From the NCBI GenBank assembly GCA_951406725.2, contig OX597820.1, positions 47,492,001 through 47,556,000 on the forward strand: a stretch of DNA of 64,000 nucleotides, given 5' to 3'. Shown one piece after another: positions 51,521 through 64,000 of the stretch (the stretch's first letter is position 1; each line of letters begins with the position of its first letter). A program made the position numbers and the translations under genes. The stretch comes from Octopus vulgaris. Taxonomy: Eukaryota. Under the pieces are notes generated by a model. The model ran no database searches, was not told the DNA's origin, and saw only the letters and a list, made by a program, of their open reading frames with translations.

Positions 51521-52314
51521 GAAATAATGGTAGTATTAACAAGAGTAAGAGCAATAACCAAGGCATTAAAAAATAAAACAAACTAGAAAGACGACAACAC
51601 AAACAAGAAAAAGACAACAATAATAATAACAATAATAACAATAATGATAATAATAATAACACTGACAACAATAATAACAACGTCAACGACAAGTATAATG
51701 GAAATAAACAAAAAATGAAAGAAACCAACGTAAACCAGAAAATGTCGACTCACTTGGTAGAGAGGGAAGGAAAGAGGGAAAAGACAGAGAGAGAGAGAGA
51801 GAGTCAAAGAGAGAGCGTGAGAGGGAGGGAGAAGGAAAATAGGAGAGAACGAGAGGGTTATTGATCTATAAAAGTTTTCTATTTAACAGCAATCTTATTG
51901 ACTTGCATTGATTTATGTGTGTGTATATGTGTGCCTGAAGGCGTCAGTGTGTATGCATATGTATAAATATGTGTGTGTGTGTGTGTGTGTGTGGGCATAC
52001 ATGTAGTATATACGTATATATAAATACATGCATAGAAACGCACACGCACACTTACATATGTATGTGTGTGCGTGTACACGAGGTGTATGTGTATTTGAAT
52101 TTGTGTATGTATATAACGAAGTCCAAACCCAAACACGCATGCGCACATACATTTCTTTATTAATGTCTATATATACAATTGTTTAACTACATTTGCTCAA
52201 ATGTGTTTATACGCATGCATCTGTGTGCACAGATACAGATAGAAACACACACACATACATGCACAAACGTATATATATACATACACACACAGACACACAG
52301 ACATATATACATAC

Positions 52315-52349
<35 letters not shown>

Positions 52350-52529
52350 AGAGAGAGAGAAAGTGTGTGTGAGAGAGAGAGAGAGAGAGATTACAACAGG
52401 GGAGAGAGAAAGAGAACAGAATGAGACAAGGAGTAGATACATACGTACGTACACGCATACATATATACATACGAAAATACATACACACGTATCGTTTGTG
52501 AAAATGCCCAAGCATTCAATTCTGTGATC

Positions 52530-52625
<96 letters not shown>

Positions 52626-53139
52626 TGGTTTTGTATCGTACAGGTAGTAATATTATGGCGAGACGAGACAAAAACCCAGTTTGAATCGTCGCTTGTAACC
52701 AACGACCATTTCTACTCGCCCGTTGTGTTACTGATGCCTTTTAACACGAATTTATAGTATAATTGTAGGAATTGATTCGCTCAATTACTACGGAACCAAC
52801 GAATGGAAATAACGGTCCGAATACCATCAAAATACACAAGTCACACTTCATAATTATTTTAGACTTTCTCGTAAAGTAATGAATATAATCAGTTAACTCG
52901 ACCGGATTACATTACTGCTGCACACACACATGCTCACATACGCACACACACACAGAGGCATACACACATCATGCATACTTTCATGAATAGATACACAAAC
53001 GTACAGGTGCAAGGATCGAATCCACATAAGTACGTATTTATAAGTGTGGAAGTTCATTCTACCGGTCGCTTGTTTTAAAAACTCTATTTTACTGGCGTGT
53101 AAACAAATCAAAGTCTGTTGTGAAGTGAGGACAATCAAA

Positions 53140-53206
<67 letters not shown>

Positions 53207-53691
53207 ACACACACACACATACACACATGCAGATACATGCAGACACATGATATATATAAACTTACAATCACACACACATACACATATACACACACACGCA
53301 GACACGCACAGACACAATATATATATAGGAACATACACACTCGCGCGCACACGCATACACGTAGACACACGCTGACACATAATATATATATAAACATACG
53401 CACACAGACACACAGACGCACCTATATATAATCAGATATACATATGCATACATATATTCATACACACACACATGAGCAGACAACCCCACACACGAAAACA
53501 CACGCACACACATAAGAAGAAGGTCGAGCATGATACACACTCTTGGTTCTGGAATTTATTAAAACAAAAGCAAGTGTCGGAAAATTACATCATTTTCACC
53601 TTACTTTTCGAGACACTTCATGCAACAGTCCACAACCTCACGGACTTCCTCGGAGAAGAAGGAAGTGCAGCCATTTATGCACCACTTCCTG

Positions 53692-54127
53692 TACTCTTTA
53701 CTCTTTACTCTTTTACTTGTTTCAGTCATTTGACTGCGGCCATGCTGGGGCACCGCCTTTAATTGAGCAACTCAACCCCGGGACTTATTCTTTTGTAAGC
53801 CCAGTACTTATAAGCCCAGTACTTATTTGTAAGCCCAGTACTTATTTGCCGAACCGCTAAGTGACATAAACACACCAGCATCGGTTGTCAAGCAATGATA
53901 GGGGGACAAACACAGACACACAAACATATACACACACACTTATATATATATATATACATATATACGACAGGCTTCTTTCAGTTTCTGTCTACCAAATCCA
54001 CTCACAAGGCTTTGGTCGGCCCGAGGCTATAGTAGAAGACACTTGCCCAAGGTGCCACGCAGTGGGACTGAACCCAGAACCATGTGGTTGGTAAACAAGC
54101 TACTTACCACACAGCCACTCCTGCACC
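53692..54127 (-). mobile_element. SINE-B, full length and near-consensus
   Basis: Head, GGCACCTTGGGCAAGTGTC (CORE-like), internal TA/TG tract, tail ending (GTAAAGA)n; internal TAAGCCCAGTACTTAT x3. Confidence 0.9.
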
Positions 54128-54454
54128 TGTACGTCTACGTCCGTAGTAATTCATAAAGGATGTTTGAGCAGTCCAAAGGAGTGATAGTCTGATGGAGCGA
54201 GATCAGGATTGTATGCAGGGTGTTCCAGAAATTCGAAACACAATTTTTCACTGGTTTCATCTATGTGGGCATGCATTGTTATGCAACAATAAGATGTGAT
54301 TTGACAATAGACCTCAGCGTTTGATGCAAATTACTGATTTCGGTTTGTTGGTCAGCGTTTCACTGTAGCCTACACTGGTGTTCATAGGCCCCTTTTCTGG
54401 GTAATGTTCCAGTATAGACCCCCTTTGCGTCCCCTGAAACAGTTAGCATCACTT

Positions 54455-54918
54455 TTTCTGCTGAAGCATCGACTTCATCGTTGTAACAATCGAATAAGAT
54501 TTAGCAGATTTCAACATGATTGTGCTTATGCGCTTCGGTAAGCCCTCTTGGTACCAATCTCGCACTGACTTAATGGAAGCGAAGCTTGTCGGGGACCATT
54601 TCGGGTGCAGAATCACGACTAATTTGTAGATAACAAGGCACCTCATCGATGGTCATTTGTCGGTTCACCAGGACCATCTCTCGAATTTGTTGAATCTTCA
54701 CATCAATGGTGGAGGTTGATAACCGTCTCATTCTCTCTTCGTGCTTCACGGTTGTCCGGTCATTTTTAAAACTTCCCTATCCACTCATACACACTTATTC
54801 GCGGTAGAGCGCTGTCCCCTTATGGTACTGGAGGCTTGCAATGAATTTCAGCCCTTGAAACACCTTCAGACCAGATAAATCGGATTACTGATCTCTGTTC
54901 TTCTTTGGTGCACACTGC
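54455..54918 (-). pseudogene. Mariner transposase N-terminal fragment
   Basis: CTKEEQRSVIRFIWSEGVSRAEIH...VYEWI.KF...R.STS...IREMVLVNRQMTIDE...ARLVPRGLT (HTH region and WVPHEL-equivalent motif), with stops and frameshifts. Confidence 0.85.
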
Positions 54919-54929
54919 AAGTGTGTGTA

Positions 54930-54973
<44 letters not shown>

Positions 54974-55535
54974 TGTGTGTATGTGTGTGTATGTGTGTGT
55001 GTCTGTGTGTGTGTGTGTGTCTGTGTGTTTGATAGACTGTGCAAGAGTTTAAACGATTTATTTAAAGATTTTTTTCATATTTTCTTAGTCATTTACGATA
55101 ATGGAATAGTAGATGGCCATGGGTCATAGAAATAGTGTTGCAACTGATGAAGCTGACACAGCTTTATTGTCTAAAATGGTTTTCAAATGGTAGCTGTATC
55201 TTTACGTTGATTTTTGCCTTGTATCTGGCCATTAATAAAGCTTCGTAGCTAATCTCTTCTTTGTGCGTGGGCATCTCTATAGGATCATAGTGTTGTCACG
55301 TTATACGTTTTCTGTCTAGTTGATTTTATTGTTCTGTTTAGTAATATTCTGTAATGGCTTCTAGTAAATGCATGATTAGACGTCGACGACGACGATAACG
55401 ACGAGATGCCATTGTTCTGTGTTACCTTGGTTGTCTGAAATCCGTCGTTCTGTGGTTTACATATTTGATGGTTTGTGTTTATGAGGAGGTTATCAATTCT
55501 AATGTTTTTGTGATATATGTATGTATGTATGTATG

Positions 55536-55920
55536 TCTTCCTTTGATGCTGACATGCAATGTCTGTGCAAGACCCTGCCTCAGTAAAGCTGGACTCAAGA
55601 GTCATCTTCGTAGTCATAAAGCGAGATAGATGATTGACAACCTGGCCACTGGTGATGGTGTAACACACCATACTAATCATATCTGTCGGGCATGTGGAAG
55701 AGAGTGTAATTCGGCAGGAGGACTTAAACGACATGCAAAGGTACATGAAGCCCAGTTACAACTACAGCCGGCTATTACCGGTAAAGGTATTAGTTGCTAA
55801 TTCTGTAAAAGACATTGTAGATTTTTAACTGGGCTAAAAAGTCACATTCGATCACAGCACCAGAAACAGTTAAGCTTCGTGCAATGGCCACACTCGATAA
55901 CGAGGGGGCAGCCATAATAA
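55536..55920 (+). mobile_element. RTE-type LINE 3' end encoding three C2H2 zinc fingers (two in-frame stops)
   Basis: One frame from 55546: CNVCARPCLSKAGLKSHLRSH, CRACGRECNSAGGLKRHAKVH, C*FCKRHCRFLTGLKSHIRSQH; (TATG)n on both sides. Confidence 0.75.
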
Positions 55921-56319
55921 TGTATGTATGTATGTATGTATGTATGTATGTATGTATGTATGTATGTATGTATGTGCATGTGTGTGTATGTGTGTGCGTA
56001 TATATATATAATAAATATATATACGCATATATCTATACACACACACACACACACTCATACACACACATGAAATTTTTAGGACTAATAGGCCGTAGCCAAA
56101 ATACCGCAAGCAAGAACAACATGCATAGCACAACTCAGTATATCTAGCGGGAGATTCCCTTCTTAATGCCTGTACCTGATGTGACACAAACTGCACAGAT
56201 TGATGCAACACAATTAGATACACAATATCCTACCCATAACGGACAGTTCCAGGATGGATGGAAACGATCGTCGTACTGAATAAAGACTACCTTCCGTTTC
56301 CGTCATCAATTATGTATAA

Positions 56320-56421
<102 letters not shown>

Positions 56422-57067
56422 GCATACATACATGTACACACACACACACACATGTATACATACATACATACATGGCTCACACGTGGCTGTGTGGTAAATA
56501 GCTTGCTTCCGGTTCCGGTCGTTAGTGTTCTTCACTCTACCATTGAAGTCACCACGCTGGTGTGCAGCGGACCTATGTTGTATTGAAAGACGCTCTACTG
56601 TAAGGTAAGACCATTTTTGAGTCTAGTGAGAATTCGTTGTTTGTGCGATTTATTTTTTGTACAGGTAAGGAGTCCTCACTGGATTCTGATCTTTTGGTCT
56701 GTCTGCGGTAGAGACGTGTGTTTTTCTCACTTAGAGAACGACCTGTTCAGGATAATGGATTGCAGGTTACGTTGAACTGCTAATTCCCAGTATATCGAGG
56801 AATAGACAATTTTTATGGCCATTTGGCATTTATTCAGTGGATTATTACATTGGATTTACCCATTGTTATTATTTGGCCTTTGTAGGTATTGTTGAGCTGC
56901 GCCCCTCCCCCAACGTTTTTTGTGTTTCTTGCTAATTCATATCGACAGAAATGTCGATAGAGATAATTAGAGAAAGATGGTCTCTGGAAGAAAGCGAGGA
57001 TTTGGAGGCTAACCAGCGGCCCCACAAAGTTACCAAAGGCTTCGGGGCAGTCGCCGCTGTAAAAATA

Positions 57068-57473
<406 letters not shown>

Positions 57474-58638
57474 TAATAAATATTAGGGAATAAATCCAAA
57501 CTTACAGGGGAAAATCAGATTTAAGATTGAATCCAATTTATAGTAAAATATTATATTATACAAATTAGAGACAAAACCACTATTATGCAAATCAAACAAA
57601 GAAAGACTTAATCCAATACACCAATACATCTAGAGGGTATTGGAATATCCTTCAATGATGAATTCCAAAATAGCGGTTCTATCTTACCTGTAAATTCCAT
57701 AATTTACGAAGTTGAGGTATTACACTCAATATACGCAATTTATCAATATATTAATTAATAATAAATGTATAATATATATATATATAGACATATATATATA
57801 TAATAGACATATACATATATATCGTGATGCATGTTATATTGTGTTTCATGTGTAATTTTTTTAACCAATGCAGATATTCTCTCTATAAATTTGGAGGATT
57901 TTCGCATCTATGTGATTAGTCTGCTTTTCAGTGTGTGTTGTAGCTTTTAGATTTGTCTGAGATAAATTTAGTTTTGCATTAATTTACGGTTTAGTTACAA
58001 CATTATAACTTAATACAATGCAATACACGAAATAAACAAGATAAAAGCTGCTGTTATCACAACTTACGTACAATAGGATCCTAGAAATAAAAGCAAGGAA
58101 GCAAAGTAACAGCAACTAAAAGATTAAGCATGGGATCTTAATATCAAAATACAAACAATAAGCATGCAGGTGCAATAACTGTCGAGTAATCTATGAAAAT
58201 ATGCTGAAACTAACTGTTAAAAAACTTGACGTCTAGCAATGATGATTTTATCAAAAACAATATCATTTCCAAAATCCTTGGCATCTTCAACGAAAATGCG
58301 ACAGTAATAGCGTCACTATCGCCCACTCTTCATGTAAAAGGTGAAACGGAGAAGGGTTAGAAACGTGAATGGATTTAAGAATGTTGTTCTAAGCTTGGCA
58401 TGGGCAACGTTATTCAAGATGCAGGCTGCATTGAAGAAACAATCAAGGTTAATTTTCGCTAAGTGTGCCATTGAGAAAGCTCTACTGGCTCGCAGTTTGT
58501 CTATGGCCGTTCGAAACTAACCAGAAATAAGAAAAATACTAAACAAGTCGTTGAAGTAAACAAAAGATTAAATTTTAATTCAGTCGGGTTTTAATACAAT
58601 GCTCCAAAGAAAAGCAATCTCTTCAAATGCTCATAGAA

Positions 58639-58723
<85 letters not shown>

Positions 58724-58857
58724 CATACATACATACATACATTTGTACGTACGTACACGCACGCATACACACACACACACGTACTACATGTGTGTGTGTA
58801 TGCATGTAGGTGAGTATGTGTGTGTATATATATATATTTGTGTATGTATGTGTGTGC

Positions 58858-58885
<28 letters not shown>

Positions 58886-58888
<3 letters not shown>

Positions 58889-59053
58889 GGTGGGGGAGAA
58901 GTCACAAAAACAGAAGACGTAGACAACAAAACAACAAACAGATGTATTAGTTTAACGCTCGGGAAGTGAAAACATCTTTAACGTTTCGAACCTACGCTCT
59001 TCCACAGAAAGAAACAAGGAGAGTAAATAAAGAATGTGTAGTGGCTAGCGATC
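58886..59053 (-). mobile_element. Family P1 copy with hammerhead-like motif
   Basis: Reverse complement TCTTT-CTGTGGA-A-GAGCGTAGGTTC-GAAA-CG-TT-AAAGA at 59012-58975; TA on both sides. Confidence 0.75.
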
Positions 59054-59059
59054 TATATA

Positions 59060-59172
59060 TATAGTAAGTCTAATACTTATTCTATCAGTGCTTTTTGCCG
59101 AACCGCTAAGATATGGGAATGTAAACATACCAATATTGGTTGTCAAATAATGGAGCTGGGGAGAGACACAAA

Positions 59173-59237
<65 letters not shown>

Positions 59238-59385
59238 GTTTATATACGACATGCTTCTTTCAGTTTCCGTCTACCAAATCAAATAACACGGCTTTGGTCG
59301 GCCCGTGGCTATAGCAGAAGACACTTGCCCAGAACCATGTGGTTGGGAAGCAAGCTTTTTACCACACAATCACGCCTTCGCCTAC
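59060..59385 (-). mobile_element. SINE-B with internal (CA)n
   Basis: Collinear with 53692-54127. Confidence 0.85.
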
Positions 59386-59674
59386 ATATAGTTATTGATA
59401 GTATTGATTTCACTGGGACATCAGGTTTCGCTATTAACTGTAGATTCATCTAGGGGAAAACCTGAAGTCCTTATGAAAGAAATCTCACTGTATTTTTTGT
59501 ACAAAGTATCACCACCAGTAAATTCATTTATTGCTTTCATGTTTTTGAACCTGCGGTTTATTAATTTTTTTGTTTGTTCCCTGGATGGTAAAATACAATG
59601 TCATTTAAGTTTTGGAATTCATACACCTGACTTATTTCTCGCCAAAAATTTGAGTTCCTCTATCGATTAGTAAT

Positions 59675-59885
59675 TATTATAGGCACAAGGCCTGAAATTT
59701 GGTAGGAGGGGACTAGTCGACTACATCGACCCCGAATTTCACTGGTACTTTATTTATCGACACCGAAAGGATGAAAGTCAAAGTCAACCTCACCTCGGCG
59801 GAATTCGAACTCAGAACATAGCGACGGGCGAAATACAGCTAAGCATTTCGCCCAGTGTACTAACGACTCTGCCAGATAGCCGCCT
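59675..59885 (-). mobile_element. SINE-A
   Basis: Core and head. Confidence 0.85.
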
Positions 59886-60231
59886 GTTATCGACTCTCCC
59901 AGCTAGCCGCCTATACTAACGACACATTAGAAGATTGTTTCTAGCGGATTTTGTAGACCTTTTCACTAATTTCGTTATGTTCCTTTACATTCTTATTTGA
60001 AATCCCATTGAGTTCAGTTTAGATTTTCATTCTGCTGGAGCAGGATCGGTTGAGTGAGTATACTTGAGTGTATATAATCGATTATACATCATTGCTTTAA
60101 AATTCTAGTATTGAGCTTTTGCTGGCAATTAATATAAATATTAATAATGAAGAAATATAGATTCAAGGTAAATGAGAGAGTGCTGCACCTAAATGCATTT
60201 CATCATCTTACTATTTACCTCACGTGCTTAA

Positions 60232-60800
<569 letters not shown>

Positions 60801-61499
60801 CATTGAGCATTGAGAATATTTTAATATACATCTGCCTGACTAATATGGAAATATTTTATATCGGTAAATGAAGACATACTGAACAAGTTTAGGCTGTCAG
60901 CAAAGAACGCCTTTAAAACTGTCTCAGTGAAGTTCACCATTTTGGAGCTGTAAAGAGATGTGACCTGGAGGTTAGCAAGGAAACAAGACATTGCAAAGAA
61001 TTCATGGCTGCAATAAGTTCTGCAAATAATGGTACTGCTGACATTCGTTGATATTTATCGGTTACGGTTCATTAGCAGAGCCGTACAGTAGATGACTGCG
61101 GAAGTTGTTAAAAAGTTTTACACTGTAAACCCTTACGTTTCACGCATTCCTTTTCAATATGGGATATAAAAGATTTAGTAGAGTTGTCCTGAATTATAAT
61201 CTAGAATGTTCGATAGAGAGGGCTAAGGAAACGTGGCTGAAAGGTGAAAGGAACGGAAGGGGAGGAGAGGAGAAGGAAGGTGTGCAATAAGATTTGTGTT
61301 CATTATACCGCCTTCCTGAATTTAGTTATGTGTATGCTTGTCTATGAATGTACATATGTGTTTTTGTGTGAAGACATAGTATGTGTGAATGCAAGTGCTT
61401 GTTGTAGGGTGCATTTAGTCACTCTGAGCGTCATTTAAGACATCAATATGATAGATTCCTTAAAGATTCGCTTCAGCTGAGAAGTAACATCAAATTTGG

Positions 61500-61601
<102 letters not shown>

Positions 61602-61685
61602 GCCTGTGTGTCTTTCTGATGTCCGCCTGTCTCTCTGTCACCTACCTACCTACAATGCAATCACTGCATTGCCATTGTCCAGCAT

Positions 61686-61766
<81 letters not shown>

Positions 61767-62029
61767 CCCCCTATGACTACATCTTAAATCGACATCATCT
61801 CTCTGCACTTCAATACATTCACATAGTATCACCTCTCACCACCTACAAACCTATCAAAACCACCATAACTACCACGATTCTCCACTAACATTTAACAACC
61901 GCCACCACCACCACCACCACCACTATAGCATGCGTCATCACACTATTATATACCACAACCGCAATTTTTGGCATTCCACAACATAGTCGAAACACTGAAA
62001 CCTGCATCCCTTAATATTGATTTAATATT

Positions 62030-62230
62030 GATTTCATATTTTGGCACAAGGCCAGCAATTTCAGGGGAGGAGTAAGTCGATTAGATTGACCCCAGTACAC
62101 AACTGGTACTTATTTTATCAACTCCAAAAGGATGAAAGGCAAAGTTGACCTTGGTGGTATTTGAACCCGGAACACAAAGACGTGTGCTAATGAGATGTTA
62201 AAAAAAAAACTTGCACATGCAATTGCTGCC
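62030..62230 (-). mobile_element. SINE-A, diverged
   Basis: Core present. Confidence 0.8.
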
Positions 62231-62234
62231 AGTC

Positions 62235-62700
62235 GAAAGCTGCGCATACCGGAAGTCATCAGGGGAGAATGCGATCCGTTTCGGAACCTGTCTCTCGACG
62301 GTATCATTGCGCACCGGCCCACTCCTCACTGTTATAAGGTCCCGCTTGCTAGATTACCTGGTTATCAAATAAAGCTCAATAGTCTTCTAGCCATCGCTCA
62401 TCGACTCATTTTAACCAAATCCAGTGGCTAGCCTTTTCCATTGTGGTTTGGATTTCGTTCATGGTGGTATTCACTTTACAATGAGTTAGGCCTAACGATA
62501 ACAACGGTCGCCTCACACTGTGTCCAACAAATTCTCTACTTCCAACTTCGATTGGAAAGTGCCCTGTTTTCCAGCCTGCGTCTTCACATTCCTCGAGCAG
62601 GTTTACATAACAGTCAATCTTACGAGCCCGAGCGGCGTCCATGTTGTCTTCATGAGGAACCGTTAACTCGACTAGATTCACCACTTTCACGCCACATTAT
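62235..62700 (-). mobile_element. Hero/NeSL-like RLE LINE 3' fragment
   Basis: ORF 62406-62690 VELTVPHEDNMDAARARK..Y..L..EC..AGW....PIEVGSR.FV..S...SLGL...EKASHWIWLK, the ELTVP.E/EVG.RGF/AS.W.W pattern of Hero-type RLE domains. Confidence 0.85.
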
Positions 62701-62854
62701 AATATCCTGCTAGCTCGCCAACCTAAACTGTTCTGTAATATTAATGTCTAAATTAAGTTGGCGAAGGTTGATATCCTGAAAGAGTGCATGGTCTCAGAAT
62801 TTTAGTGATTACAGACCTGCTGGATCAGAATTGCCCTGGTCAAACAACAACAAT

Positions 62855-63258
62855 AACGGTTTCAAATTTTACTACAAGGGCAGCAATCTTGGGTGAGGGG
62901 ATTAAGTCGATTACATCGACCGCAGTGCATAACTGGTACTTATTTAACCGACCACGAAAGGATGAAAGAAAAAGTCGACCTTCGCGGAATTCGAACTCAG
63001 AACGTATCGTCGGGCGAAATACCTGATTCTTTATAACCCCATAAGGGGCTAAACACAGAAGGGACAAACAAGGACAGACAAAGGGATTAAGTCGATTATA
63101 TCGACCCCAGTGCGTAACTGGTACTTATTTAATCGACCCCGAAAGGATGAAAGGCAAAGTCGACCTCGGCGGAATTTGAAATCAGAACGTAGCGGCAGAC
63201 GAAATACCGCTAAGCATTTTGCCCGGCGTGCTAACGGTTCTGTCAGCCCGTCGCCTTA
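62855..63258 (-). mobile_element. SINE-A dimer
   Basis: Full unit 63025-63258 followed by a headless unit 62855-63024. Confidence 0.9.
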
Positions 63259-63307
63259 AACAACAACAATAATAAAAACAAAAACAAAATAATTTTTTTC
63301 TTTGTTA

Positions 63308-63722
63308 TTACTTGTTTTAGTCATTTGACTGAGGCCATGCTGGAGCAATGCCTGGAAGTCGTTTTAGTCGAGTAAAGCGACTCCGGTACTTACTTTTTTT
63401 TTATAAGCCTTTTTACTTATTCTGTCGGTCTCTTTTGCTGTACTTCTTAATTACGAGGACATAAACACACCAACACCGGCTGTCAAGCGCGAAGGAGAAA
63501 AAAGACGCCCCCCACATGCTCACATATACATATACACACATGCGCGCGCGCAAACACACACACACACAACGGGTGTCTTTCAGTTTTCGTCTACCAAATC
63601 CTCTCACAAAGCATGGTTGGTCCGATGCTACAGTAGAAGACACTCGCGCAAGGTGCCACACAGTAGGAATGAACCCGGTACCCTGTGGTCAGGAAGGAAA
63701 CTTCTGACCATACACCCACGCT
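63308..63722 (-). mobile_element. SINE-B, full length and diverged
   Basis: Tail, body, CA tract and head in order. Confidence 0.82.
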
Positions 63723-64000
63723 TATCTTTTACGTGTTTCAGTACCGCGGCCATGCTGGGGTAACCACCTTGAAATGTTTACTCCAATAAACCAACTTCTG
63801 TACGCTCTTTTTTTCTGTTTTCCTAATTCTTCGAAATTTTACAACAAAGAGGGATCGATTTTAAAGAAATAAACTCCTATCATTGGAATTTATATATCAA
63901 AGACTATGAAGATTTACATGTTGAATATTAGAAGTCTTGCATAATTGCAGTTCCGCTTACAGATAACAATTGAAGAAATGAAGTTAAAGGATCTCTGTCT

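Noticed and set aside
54216-54445. Possible second Tc1/mariner terminus (CAGGGTGT...)
   Set aside because: No matching opposite TIR and no clean TA TSD.
56520-56830. Possible APE endonuclease relic (minus-strand GDFNGRV)
   Set aside because: One short motif only; surrounding frames are not interpretable.

Overview
AT-rich eukaryotic, non-genic (intergenic or intronic) DNA. The repeat families look like those of an octopus (cephalopod) genome; this is recognised from memory, not from a search. I find no host protein-coding exon I can support, and almost every ORF in the track is a translation of a microsatellite (TA, CA, TACA, TATC, TAA, GAT, CAC). The window is a mosaic of: (i) several tRNA-derived SINE families, one of them in head-to-tail multimers; (ii) decayed LINE 3' fragments from the RTE, CR1/Zenon, Tx1, R4/Dong-like and Hero-like clades; (iii) DNA-transposon relics (hAT, mariner, a Tc2-like MITE, Helitron-like ends). 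The most interesting hidden layer is a set of short Penelope-like elements sitting mostly in (TA)n arrays. They carry hammerhead-ribozyme motifs: a repeated atypical core CUGU-N-GA, one with an 85-nt stem II, and a tandem pair. Three such inserts also form inverted-repeat hairpins. Also notable are a co-varying 3' stem-loop shared by LINE and SINE tails, and an RTE-type 3' end encoding three C2H2 zinc fingers.
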